Below, in pieces: positions 45,773 to 54,949 of a stretch of DNA of 64,000 bases. The DNA is taken from the IMG/VR virus record IMGVR_UViG_3300020371_000002; one strand, written 5' to 3'. Position 1 is the first letter of the stretch; every line of letters starts with the position of its first letter. The DNA comes from a virus. Lineage: Duplodnaviria; Caudoviricetes. Below the pieces are notes generated by a model, which was given only the letters and a program-made list of their open reading frames with translations, made no database searches and was not told the DNA's origin. Both the position numbers and the translations under genes were made by a program.

Positions 45773-48187
45773 TCAGACAGCACCGATCACTTCATCGAAA
45801 CTGATACCAGATCTTGTAGCAACGAATGTAAGACCGATGAAGTTAATCGATCTTGCAGGCTTGACGAAGATGTCAGCCTTGAACTGGTTAGCGTCAATTA
45901 CATCGGGGGTGTTATTAGTTTCGTCGCAGATAACTACGAAGTCACTAATACCTCTCTTTGCCTTAACATCGCGGAGATATGGTTCTACGATATTGAGGAA
46001 GTTAGTTCTGGTGAGAACATCGTTGAACTCAAACAGTTGAGCTTTTGCAGCTCTCTCGATTGTTGACTCGATAGTGAGGAACAAACGACGAACGTTGATT
46101 CTGTCGAATGCAGAAGCAACCTTCAGAGCAGTCTTATCTCCGAAGAGAACCATGCCAGCACCAGGGCTAAACATGACTGGGTTAACTCTCTTAGGATAAA
46201 GAAGATCTCTTTGTGCCTGAGATGGATTGAATGCAAGTTTAATTGCATTGTTGATGGTTCCTCTAGTTGCACCAGCGGGGGAGAACCATGGGAAAGAATT
46301 GATGGAAGTTCTTGCCATCAAACCAGCAACGTCACCATTCAGAGGAATGTATCTGAATGAATTGTTGAATCTGTCATACATGTACTTGTATCCAGAATCA
46401 AACACTGCATAAGAACTCGAAGGCAGTGCATCATAGAACTGGATAATACCAGAAGTCTGTGCATCAGAACTAGTGACATTAACGACACTGGCTCTGTGTG
46501 GAGAAATACATGCGATGCAATCCTTACGAGTTTCTGCAATCTGAATCAGTTTTGAAGCCTTCGCTTGCGATTCGTAGATCGAAGCGCCACCAGATGGTCC
46601 GTTGATGAGGAAGTTTACAGAGTATTCTGCGGGATTCTCCAGAACGGAATAACCACCAACTACATCTCCCAGTTCGACGTTGAATCTATCGACTCCACCG
46701 TAATCACTACCACTTGCAAGAGACCAGCTCTTAGAACCGATTGCGTTGAAAGTTGTAGATTGTGCGTTTCCGCCCCATGCACCAGTAGAGTCTACTGTGT
46801 ATCCACCCATAGAGGTGAACTTAGTACCAGTACCTGTGTGTGCAGCTCCCACAAAGATATACTCAGAGAACTGTGCAACATAGTCCTTATAGTAAACAGC
46901 GGTAGAAGGAGAAACCTTAGCATCTGCTGCCTTAGAAAGATTTGTCCACTTCTCGATGATATTACCAGAACTTCCAGTAATGTCTCCATTGTCATCAACA
47001 ATGGCAACGTGGATTTCATCATGTTCGCCCATTCTGTCTGCAGTATATTCAGAAGTCTTAGGACGATCTGCAATAGACTTCCAGTAAACAGTGCTGTTGG
47101 TGAGACCAAGAGTTTGTTGGTTATACCAGTCGGTTGCAGTATTTACATTAGAGAGGGTAAGTCCAGAACCAATACCTGACTTAATGATGAACGTGGTATT
47201 TGCCATACCAACACCAGCAGTCTGGTTAAGAATGACACCTGGATTAGAAGCCGTTGTAAATCCAACAACAGTTGCAGTCAGTGTTCCGTTAAGGGACTTC
47301 AGAGTGTCACCGAAAGTGACATATCTGCTATCAAAACTATCGAAACTTACAATAGAAGAACCAGATCCAACAGATCCACCGAATCTGTATCTCTCAATTT
47401 GCTGCTCAGTACCTGCATCGTTGTAGATTCTGTATCTGTTAGCAAAGTTTTCACTTGTAAGGGTACTAATACCAACGAAGAGGTTAGCGTCGTAACCTTG
47501 GAATGCCTTAGTAACACTTCCTTCCTCGTATGCAACCTTCGACCATGTAGTCGTTGCGTTGTCATAAATGGAGGTCAGTTTAACATCAACAGATCCCTCA
47601 TTGATCTGTGTGATCATTCCCTTCAGGAATCCAGTTTCAACCCCAACAGTACCATCAGACTTAGCTACGGAAGTTGAGAATCCTGCAGTAATTGCATATC
47701 CAACTGCAAGTCCATCTGTACCGATTGCAAGTCTCTGATCTGCAAGAGAGTCAATTACACAAACTCTTAAGTTGTTTGCCCAAGATCCAGGGTTTCTAGC
47801 AGCATAGTGCCAGTCATCCGAAACTGTGTGATTTGTGTAATAATCCTCTTGGGATAAAATCTTTAAGTTAGTAACAGCCGCTGCAGTCGGGGCGTTCGCG
47901 TTAACGAGACCCGTTCCACCGTCAGTTCTAATAACTCTTAGGACACCACCATATGAAAGATATGAAGAAGCGGTGTGCCAATATTCGTACTGTCCATCAG
48001 CAGAGTAAGGCTTTCCAAACGTATTGAGCAGATCCTGTTCCGTTTCAATCAGGACAGGTACTCCGACTGGACCCTTAGCGAAAGGACCAGCAATAGCACC
48101 AACTTGATCATTGATGTCGTCAATTCTGCCAATAGTTAAGTCAACTTCTCTTACTTTGACTCCTGGTGATACTAAATTTAACGCCAT
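45773..48187 (-). CDS. gp18: tail sheath protein (T4 gp18-like)
   Basis: SPGVKVREVDLT, PWFSPAGATRG, FDRINVRRLF, IFVKPARSINFI; TAAATA at 48225-48230. Confidence 0.97.
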   Translation of the reverse strand: MALNLVSPGVKVREVDLTIGRIDDINDQVGAIAGPFAKGPVGVPVLIETEQDLLNTFGKPYSADGQYEYWHTASSYLSYGGVLRVIRTDGGTGLVNANAPTAAAVTNLKILSQEDYYTNHTVSDDWHYAARNPGSWANNLRVCVIDSLADQRLAIGTDGLAVGYAITAGFSTSVAKSDGTVGVETGFLKGMITQINEGSVDVKLTSIYDNATTTWSKVAYEEGSVTKAFQGYDANLFVGISTLTSENFANRYRIYNDAGTEQQIERYRFGGSVGSGSSIVSFDSFDSRYVTFGDTLKSLNGTLTATVVGFTTASNPGVILNQTAGVGMANTTFIIKSGIGSGLTLSNVNTATDWYNQQTLGLTNSTVYWKSIADRPKTSEYTADRMGEHDEIHVAIVDDNGDITGSSGNIIEKWTNLSKAADAKVSPSTAVYYKDYVAQFSEYIFVGAAHTGTGTKFTSMGGYTVDSTGAWGGNAQSTTFNAIGSKSWSLASGSDYGGVDRFNVELGDVVGGYSVLENPAEYSVNFLINGPSGGASIYESQAKASKLIQIAETRKDCIACISPHRASVVNVTSSDAQTSGIIQFYDALPSSSYAVFDSGYKYMYDRFNNSFRYIPLNGDVAGLMARTSINSFPWFSPAGATRGTINNAIKLAFNPSQAQRDLLYPKRVNPVMFSPGAGMVLFGDKTALKVASAFDRINVRRLFLTIESTIERAAKAQLFEFNDVLTRTNFLNIVEPYLRDVKAKRGISDFVVICDETNNTPDVIDANQFKADIFVKPARSINFIGLTFVATRSGISFDEVIGAV

Positions 48188-48272
48188 GTCTTAGTCCTCT
48201 GGAAGAAGTTCATTTCTCTGTTATTATTTAGAAATTGCTACTTTTCCACTGGGGAAACAATGCACGAACCCC

Positions 48273-48491
48273 CTACCAGTCTGGATACACGTCTTCCCTT
48301 TCTCTACGCCTTTTAGATCTAACTCTCTTCTTTGTACACTCTTTACACTCATATGAATATGCAGATCTATTTGCTCTATTTCTTCGAGTCAAATAAAAAT
48401 CAGATAATAGATCTTTGACTTTTCCACAAGACCTACACTTCCTCTCTTGCAGAAAAAGATGTTCTAAGTCAAACTGATCATCAAGGTTCAT
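48273..48491 (-). CDS. small Zn-finger protein
   Basis: CRSC...CKEC with a basic tail. Confidence 0.7.
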   Translation of the reverse strand: MNLDDQFDLEHLFLQERKCRSCGKVKDLLSDFYLTRRNRANRSAYSYECKECTKKRVRSKRRREREDVYPDW

Positions 48492-48685
48492 TATTTTTCG
48501 GCTGCATATAATGCAAACGTTGATGTTGTGATAACGGTCATCATGTTAGCAATATGTTGTTTATCTGCCTCTCCGCACTTATTATCTTTGGCGGTAAAAC
48601 AACCTACTATGGTTGCTGCTACTATTGCTAGTTGGAAAAAGATGACGAATCTTATTAGGTTTATGACTTGTTTTTTAGTTTCCAT
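48491..48685 (-). CDS. small membrane protein
   Basis: Two hydrophobic segments; start METKKQ overlaps the gp17 stop. Confidence 0.65.
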   Translation of the reverse strand: METKKQVINLIRFVIFFQLAIVAATIVGCFTAKDNKCGEADKQHIANMMTVITTSTFALYAAEK

Positions 48686-50340
48686 TAGTAATACTCCCAC
48701 ATATAAGACCTATCACCATATTCATCAACATTCCATCTATCACCTGCACCGTCTACAAATGACTCAGTATCATCAAGACCATCACTCATGAATCCAAACG
48801 GAGCCATATCTTGTTCGATCTGATTCTTTTGTTCATCATATAATCTTTTACGGATATCATCATCCGTCATCTCCTTAAAGTAATCTTGAGCAACTAACCA
48901 TGCAAAGATTACGAGACACATTGCGAGGTCATCATTACATCCTTCTTCTGCCTGGAATGTATTCTTTGTTTGAATGAACGTGGTCAACTCAGCAATAGTA
49001 TCATAGTCACAAAGAAGAAGTTTATCGGATTCGATTAATGACTTTAAGTTCAATGATCCAATTTGTTTAACCGTCTTACTCATCTTGACACCCAGTTGTG
49101 TCTTCTTACCAGAAAATCCTTGTCCTACAACTTGACCTGCTCTACCTCTCATTGAACACATCAAAAGGTTCTGATATTCTAAGTCATAGTTTATGATTGA
49201 TGCAACTTGATCACCAATATCATTCACTTCACATAAGATATAAGCATTATTATATGCCTTTGCAAACTCATAGATGACACTAGGAAAGATCATAGGTTTG
49301 ATCGTATTGTTCCTATATTTTGCAACTAACTTGTATGGGAACTCTGTGACATCAAACACACAAAAGGCAGAGTAATCTTTTTCTACACCTCTAGCAACGT
49401 CAACAGTTACGACATAATTGTGTTCTGATTTAGGGTTTTCAAATATATCTCCACCATTACTTCTACCAATAGGATCATCATACGATAAAGCTTTCAATTT
49501 TGCAGGAGCAATCAACGTATCAATAGATCCTAAGAACTCACACTCAAACTCAACTCGGAACTGTTGTTCTGATGTGTTCTTAATTGTTTGTTCTTTCCAC
49601 GCCTCGTCTCTACCTGGAACTTCTGACCAATGAACATCTGTAGTTACATATTCATTCCTACCAAGTTCCGCATCATGCCATAATCTATAGAAGTGATTCA
49701 TACCCTTGGGGGTAGAAACGATAATCACTTTTGTAGATTTACCAGATGAAATCGTAGGATATACAGAACTGAAGAAGTCGTCTGCAATATGGTTTGGAAT
49801 GAACGCAAATTCGTCCAAGAAGATGATGTTGAAAGACATACCACGAACAGCAGAAGCAGATGTCGATGCAGCAACAATCTTTGATTTATTTTCTAGTTCC
49901 ATAGAACCCTTGTTCCATGCAACGATACCCTGTTGCATCCACATGGGTAGAGCTTCATATGCTGTTTGAAGTCTTCCTAATAGTTCTCTGGCAGTTGCAG
50001 CTTTGTTTGCAAGTATACCAATATTAACGCTATCGTTGAAGAGTGCATAATGGAGGAGATACGAAACAACGGTTGTTGACTTTCCCGACTGTCGGGGCAT
50101 CTTACAGATGTTGAATCTATTTCCATGGAAGTTTCTTACTAATTTTTCCTGAAAGGGGTACATTTCAAAAGGTACAAGACCTTTATCAAGGTTAATGATT
50201 CTGATATACTTTTCAGTAAAATATACAGGATCGTCTTTACACTTCAAATACTCCCTGATATTATCTTCTGTCCAATCTACAGCTACATTAGCTTTCTTTA
50301 GATTGGGATTACCAAGATATACGTCAGCTTGATTTACCAT
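48685..50340 (-). CDS. gp17: terminase large subunit (T4 gp17-like)
   Basis: MPRQSGKST, FLDEFAF, STPKG, TVDVARG, NDDLAM; no intein. Confidence 0.97.
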   Translation of the reverse strand: MVNQADVYLGNPNLKKANVAVDWTEDNIREYLKCKDDPVYFTEKYIRIINLDKGLVPFEMYPFQEKLVRNFHGNRFNICKMPRQSGKSTTVVSYLLHYALFNDSVNIGILANKAATARELLGRLQTAYEALPMWMQQGIVAWNKGSMELENKSKIVAASTSASAVRGMSFNIIFLDEFAFIPNHIADDFFSSVYPTISSGKSTKVIIVSTPKGMNHFYRLWHDAELGRNEYVTTDVHWSEVPGRDEAWKEQTIKNTSEQQFRVEFECEFLGSIDTLIAPAKLKALSYDDPIGRSNGGDIFENPKSEHNYVVTVDVARGVEKDYSAFCVFDVTEFPYKLVAKYRNNTIKPMIFPSVIYEFAKAYNNAYILCEVNDIGDQVASIINYDLEYQNLLMCSMRGRAGQVVGQGFSGKKTQLGVKMSKTVKQIGSLNLKSLIESDKLLLCDYDTIAELTTFIQTKNTFQAEEGCNDDLAMCLVIFAWLVAQDYFKEMTDDDIRKRLYDEQKNQIEQDMAPFGFMSDGLDDTESFVDGAGDRWNVDEYGDRSYMWEYY

Positions 50341-50527
50341 TTTTCACTTTCCTCAATGCTAACAGAATCATTTGTAACTCGGAACTACTTCTGAGTTCCT
50401 TTGCGGTTATATCTGGTGATTTTAATTTAGGGCTTCTTTGTTTTAAAGCACCAACCTTTAACATATTAGTAAGTGCTTGTTCCAGTTCTTTTCTGGCACT
50501 ATTTCTTTTCTTCACCAGTCCCACCAT
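50324..50527 (-). CDS. possible small basic protein between gp16 and gp17
   Basis: Fills the gap; start uncertain (possibly MLKV at 50464). Confidence 0.35.
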   Translation of the reverse strand: MVGLVKKRNSARKELEQALTNMLKVGALKQRSPKLKSPDITAKELRSSSELQMILLALRKVKNGKSS

Positions 50528-50930
50528 TTTTTAGAAATTTTTGCAAGTCAGCTGTAGATCCAATAAACAGTGCATTATTCGTCACACTGTTTGGACCCTT
50601 TGCATCTTCTTTATTTAAGTCTTTCATCTTTTGTTGCAGATCAATTAACTTATCCGTAGCATCTGCAACGTTCTTAATTAACTGACCAGCAACCTCGTAT
50701 GCTCTTGGAGAATCACTTTCCTGCGATAACTCAAGAATTCCATTTACAGCCTCTTGACCTTTTTCAATCAAAGAGTACAATTGAGCTCTTGTGTACTCAT
50801 AATCTTTTTCAGACTCCTGTTTACCATCTCTGATTTTAGGAGGTGCCTTAGGTTTCTTCACAATCTCCTTATCTACTGGAGTTGCTTCAATGTCTAATGC
50901 CTGATCAATTTTATCAAATTCACTACTCAT
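50499..50930 (-). CDS. gp16: terminase small subunit (T4 gp16-like)
   Basis: DYEYTRAQLYSLIEKG, SPRAYEVAGQLIK, NNALFIGSTADLQK. Confidence 0.92.
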   Translation of the reverse strand: MSSEFDKIDQALDIEATPVDKEIVKKPKAPPKIRDGKQESEKDYEYTRAQLYSLIEKGQEAVNGILELSQESDSPRAYEVAGQLIKNVADATDKLIDLQQKMKDLNKEDAKGPNSVTNNALFIGSTADLQKFLKNGGTGEEKK

Positions 50931-50935
50931 TATGT

Positions 50936-51250
50936 TTATTCTGTATATGGGTATTTAGCTCTTATTTCTGCAACCTTTGAATCGTAATCGGATTGAGTTG
51001 CTTCTCCTCTCTGAACTTTGAAGAAGAGGGGATCTGCTTCATTGAGAAATGCCTGTTGACGTTGAAACCTATTGTATTCGTTGAGTGCCAATTTGTCCTC
51101 TTCAACAGCAGCTGCATCCACGAGACTTTGATCGAATTCAAAAGGCGTGGTATCACTGATATCTCTATCAAAAACCCCAATGTCATCTTGAATTAAAAGA
51201 TTCTTATCAGGATACGCTTTGCGAATTGCTCTATGATTGTATTTCATCAC
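50936..51250 (-). CDS. small protein following fibre gene (possible assembly chaperone)
   Basis: AIRKAYP...EADPLFFK...EIRAKYPY; coupled to the upstream fibre gene. Confidence 0.6.
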   Translation of the reverse strand: MMKYNHRAIRKAYPDKNLLIQDDIGVFDRDISDTTPFEFDQSLVDAAAVEEDKLALNEYNRFQRQQAFLNEADPLFFKVQRGEATQSDYDSKVAEIRAKYPYTE

Positions 51251-53814
51251 TTAACCTCCGTTACGGTGATACGACTCCAAGTTCTTCTACCATTGGCGTT
51301 ATCCCCATCAAATGAATCTCGATTGATATAGTAATCATAAGCTGATGTAGTTTGGTTTCTAACAACGAATCTATATGTAACTGTAGAAGTGGTATTCGGT
51401 GCATCCAGATATGGATCTATAGTAGCTTGATCGATTCTATAGTTGAGATTAGTATACGGTGCAACGACTGCCAGTGATCCTTGTCTAAATCCTGAACCTG
51501 ATGGAATGATATTAGTATCTACACCACCAACAGTTCTCCTAATACCATATAAGAAAGCATAATCATACTGGAAAGAGTCTGCAAAGATAGCACCTTCAAT
51601 TAGAAACTTACTACTTGCTGAAGTAGGAGTAATATCAACACTAAATGGTAATGCTGCAAAGGAACCTTGACCAGGCACACTAATACTTGTAGACGTACTA
51701 TATATGGTCTGTTTGCAGTTTGGTGATGCATTCAGTCCAGTAAGACCAGAACCATTACCATTAAATGCATCAGCATATACAGTTGCAAATCTATTAGTAT
51801 CAAGTCCTATATTGTATTGACTGTCTGAAGCTGGTAAGATACCATCAGAAGTTATCCAAACTCTTTCTTGTCTACTACCCCCAGGTGTCTTTGTTGATAA
51901 TCTCATACTATCATCAACATGAGAGTATAATATTCGACCAGCAGGATCACCCGTAAGAGCTCTAAAATCAACCCTACCACTAGCAGGAGTCCTGAGTTCT
52001 AAAGTAGAAGGTGAAAATGTACCTGTTGTGTGAACTCTTATCGTAGATCCACTACTATTAAACAGATGCAGTTGCTCAGCTGGAGCATCGGTCCCTATTC
52101 CAATCTGACCATTTGTATCTATGCGAGCTTTCTCAGATCCATTTGTTTCAAAAGAAATGGTATTTGCTTCTGGGAATTTGATAGATGTGTCAGAATCAGA
52201 TGCATTTGCAATATGTCCATTAACAGAAATACCACTACTGAACGTGGAAAGTCCACTTACAGTCTGAGTTCCAGTAACTTGAACACCATCTCTTAAGTAT
52301 GTCTCTCCAGTAACATCCAAGTTTCCTGAATAGAATCCTGTAGTTGCTGTTAGTATTCCCACGTTAAGTTGTGGAGTTCCAGTTAGTCCAGAGGCATTAC
52401 CACTAACATCTCCCGTTAAATTACCAACAAAACCTCCAGTGGAAGTTGTGACTCCTGTAATCTCAACGCCCCCGTTTTTGGTTTCCAGGCAGAGAGTATT
52501 ATTGTAGTAGAGTTCTACACTTTTTCTAAATCTATTAAACTTTGCAATAGTAGAGTTCGCTTCATCAGTATCAAAAATAATGTCTCCACTATTACCAGAA
52601 AACTTCTGTCTGAACCTAGTATTGGTTCCATCCATGAAGAGCATGGTCTCTCCACCTGTACCAAGATTCAACTTAACGTTATCTTGATATGTGGATGGTT
52701 GTGTATATCCGAGTGGACTATCAACACTGGTTGCATTGAGTGAACCGATAGTTGCCGAAGAAATACCTACAAAATTAAAGTTGGAGTTAGCTGATGTATT
52801 AATACCAGGGTATGCAACATTAACTGTTGAGATTCCAGAGACAGGATCGGTAATAGTAATACCAAATCCAAAGTCCATCGTAACTGCAACACCTACAGCA
52901 ACGCCATCTCTACGGATATTCTGACCAGAAGATTGTGCAACAACACCTGTAAGACTTGCACCAGAACCAACAAATTCTGTTGCAGTTACAACTCCAGCAG
53001 TAATATTAGAGACATTGATGTCTGGAGATCCTGTTAATCCTTGGGAATTTACAGATAAGGTAGATATTCCAGCAGTTGTTGCATAACCAGCAGTTCCTGC
53101 ACTAGTTGCATAACCAGCAGTTGTTGCAGTTAAAGCATTACCACTGGTGTCTTGATTACCTGCAATGTTTACACCAGGCAGATCAATATCAATTGTTCCA
53201 TTGAAATTAATTCCTCCAATGGTTCTTGTCGTTTCTAATGCACTTGTTACACCTGCTTTAATTGCATACTCCGCAGTTGTTGCAATACCAGCAACTTCAG
53301 CCAGAGAAGAGATACCTGCATTTCTGGCATATGGAGTATAAAGTGCAGTGGTTGCCAAACTGGCGAGAGAGGCAGTTCCTGATAAGTTACCAATGAATGT
53401 TCCTGTAGCAAAACCTACTGCAATATCTGGACTTCCTGTCAGTCCTTGTGCAAGTTTTGCGACGTTTGCAGTTTCTGCCGTTCCTACTACGTTACCAGTA
53501 ACGTCACCTACAAGAGGTCCATAAAAATTACTATGAATAGTATCCGCAGTAATATCATCAGGCAAGAAGAAGTCTAATAACTTACCACTGTTGATATTGG
53601 ATGCATTAGTATAGTAATCTTTGGGTTGTCCACCGAGGAGATTGGAATCACTACTGATACCAGAAGTTTTGGCGTAACTTACCAGATTGGTAGCATCACC
53701 AAAAGTTTCATATAATTCAGTGAAGTTGGAGTTTACTTTGATGGCTCCCTGTCTCAGGGTATCACCCGTTCCATCGTTTACGCTGTTACCAACACCAATC
53801 GATTGTTTAGACAT
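51247..53814 (-). CDS. tail-fibre-like virion structural protein
   Basis: N-terminal anchor GVGNSVNDGTGDTLRQGAIKVNSNFTELY; AT(T/S)AGY repeats; G/T/S-rich; TAAATA at 53843-53848. Confidence 0.8.
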   Translation of the reverse strand: MSKQSIGVGNSVNDGTGDTLRQGAIKVNSNFTELYETFGDATNLVSYAKTSGISSDSNLLGGQPKDYYTNASNINSGKLLDFFLPDDITADTIHSNFYGPLVGDVTGNVVGTAETANVAKLAQGLTGSPDIAVGFATGTFIGNLSGTASLASLATTALYTPYARNAGISSLAEVAGIATTAEYAIKAGVTSALETTRTIGGINFNGTIDIDLPGVNIAGNQDTSGNALTATTAGYATSAGTAGYATTAGISTLSVNSQGLTGSPDINVSNITAGVVTATEFVGSGASLTGVVAQSSGQNIRRDGVAVGVAVTMDFGFGITITDPVSGISTVNVAYPGINTSANSNFNFVGISSATIGSLNATSVDSPLGYTQPSTYQDNVKLNLGTGGETMLFMDGTNTRFRQKFSGNSGDIIFDTDEANSTIAKFNRFRKSVELYYNNTLCLETKNGGVEITGVTTSTGGFVGNLTGDVSGNASGLTGTPQLNVGILTATTGFYSGNLDVTGETYLRDGVQVTGTQTVSGLSTFSSGISVNGHIANASDSDTSIKFPEANTISFETNGSEKARIDTNGQIGIGTDAPAEQLHLFNSSGSTIRVHTTGTFSPSTLELRTPASGRVDFRALTGDPAGRILYSHVDDSMRLSTKTPGGSRQERVWITSDGILPASDSQYNIGLDTNRFATVYADAFNGNGSGLTGLNASPNCKQTIYSTSTSISVPGQGSFAALPFSVDITPTSASSKFLIEGAIFADSFQYDYAFLYGIRRTVGGVDTNIIPSGSGFRQGSLAVVAPYTNLNYRIDQATIDPYLDAPNTTSTVTYRFVVRNQTTSAYDYYINRDSFDGDNANGRRTWSRITVTEVK

Positions 53815-53855
53815 TATCCACAGGGACTAGTATTCTATATCCTATTTAGACTTGC

Positions 53856-54926
53856 TTAGACATCCTCGTCCTTTGATGGACTGTATACTTTGCCATCATT
53901 ATAGTCATACCTGAATTCACTGAACCCAAAATCATCAGCAGGTTCAATCAATGCAGTATCCTGAGGAGTGATTACATTGAGTGCTGCACCGAAGTCGTGA
54001 TTGGTAATCATAGTGCTATATTCACCTCTTCTAACAGTAATCCTATTACCTGCAATGGACTTAATTTTCATTATTTCAGAATCAATCTCAATAAATGTAT
54101 CCACAACCAAACTGGTTGCATCAGATACTTCGAAAGAAACTACCTTAGAATTAACAACTTCTCCAAGTGTAGTTGTACGATCTTGATTGTAATCTTTGAT
54201 TGCAAGAGGTTCTGCGGTATAACGAACTTGTCTGGAGGCGTTCTTGAGATTATCGGTATTGGTCATGTAATCAACCTGAACCTTCTTAATGAGACCCTCA
54301 TTAGTAGAAGGTAGAGGACCATACATGTAGGTCTTTGCTGTAAAGTTTAAAGTATAAACAATCTCTCTTCTTGTCAAATAATCCTCAGTATAATTATCTT
54401 CAAAACTAATACTTTCCAATACAATAGGAACGTCTTTCTTTTCTCCCAATACATCAAGCATATCAATGGTCAAATTGAAACTTGGTTGAAAATATGGTAA
54501 GATCTGTTCCACAATCTGAAGTGCATCCTCATTCAATCTCGCAAGAATATTCAACTGAATTGCGATATTGTATGGTACAGGCATGAACGTTTTGTTCAAC
54601 TCGCCAGTAACACTATTAACGGCTTTAAAAGTCTGCATTGTTGAGACTTTTCTTGACCCATCATATTGAATACCAATCATCTCGAAAGACATTCTGGGAA
54701 GATCCACACTAGAAGCAGTTCTTGCAGATCCTTCAGTTCTTAATTCGGGTCTTTGTTCTAACCTTGCTAAGAATTTCTGAACTGGTCCATATGCAATAGG
54801 AACTTTAACCACACTAAGGTTTGCACCAGCACTAGTCTTGGTGCGTACTTCCATGTCGTTAAACAAGGTTCCGAATGCAATAATAGTCTTTCGGATTACT
54901 TGATGATAAAAATGTGGGGCTAACAT
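53856..54926 (-). CDS. gp15: tail sheath stabiliser/terminator (T4 gp15-like)
   Basis: FYHQVIRKTIIAFGTLFN, VPIAYGPVQKFLARL, LPRMSFE, EQILPYFQPSF; TAAATA at 54947-54952. Confidence 0.93.
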   Translation of the reverse strand: MLAPHFYHQVIRKTIIAFGTLFNDMEVRTKTSAGANLSVVKVPIAYGPVQKFLARLEQRPELRTEGSARTASSVDLPRMSFEMIGIQYDGSRKVSTMQTFKAVNSVTGELNKTFMPVPYNIAIQLNILARLNEDALQIVEQILPYFQPSFNLTIDMLDVLGEKKDVPIVLESISFEDNYTEDYLTRREIVYTLNFTAKTYMYGPLPSTNEGLIKKVQVDYMTNTDNLKNASRQVRYTAEPLAIKDYNQDRTTTLGEVVNSKVVSFEVSDATSLVVDTFIEIDSEIMKIKSIAGNRITVRRGEYSTMITNHDFGAALNVITPQDTALIEPADDFGFSEFRYDYNDGKVYSPSKDEDV

Positions 54927-54949
54927 GATATGACCAAATTATTAACTAT

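Noticed and set aside
46565-47179. 204-aa plus-strand ORF in gp18, and similar short alternative-frame ORFs throughout the track
   Set aside because: Shadow frames of conserved core genes with no independent evidence
1-50340. Introns, inteins or homing endonucleases in nrdA, gp41, gp43, gp17 or gp20
   Set aside because: All reading frames are continuous and of normal length; no intein termini or LAGLIDADG/GIY-YIG/HNH motifs seen
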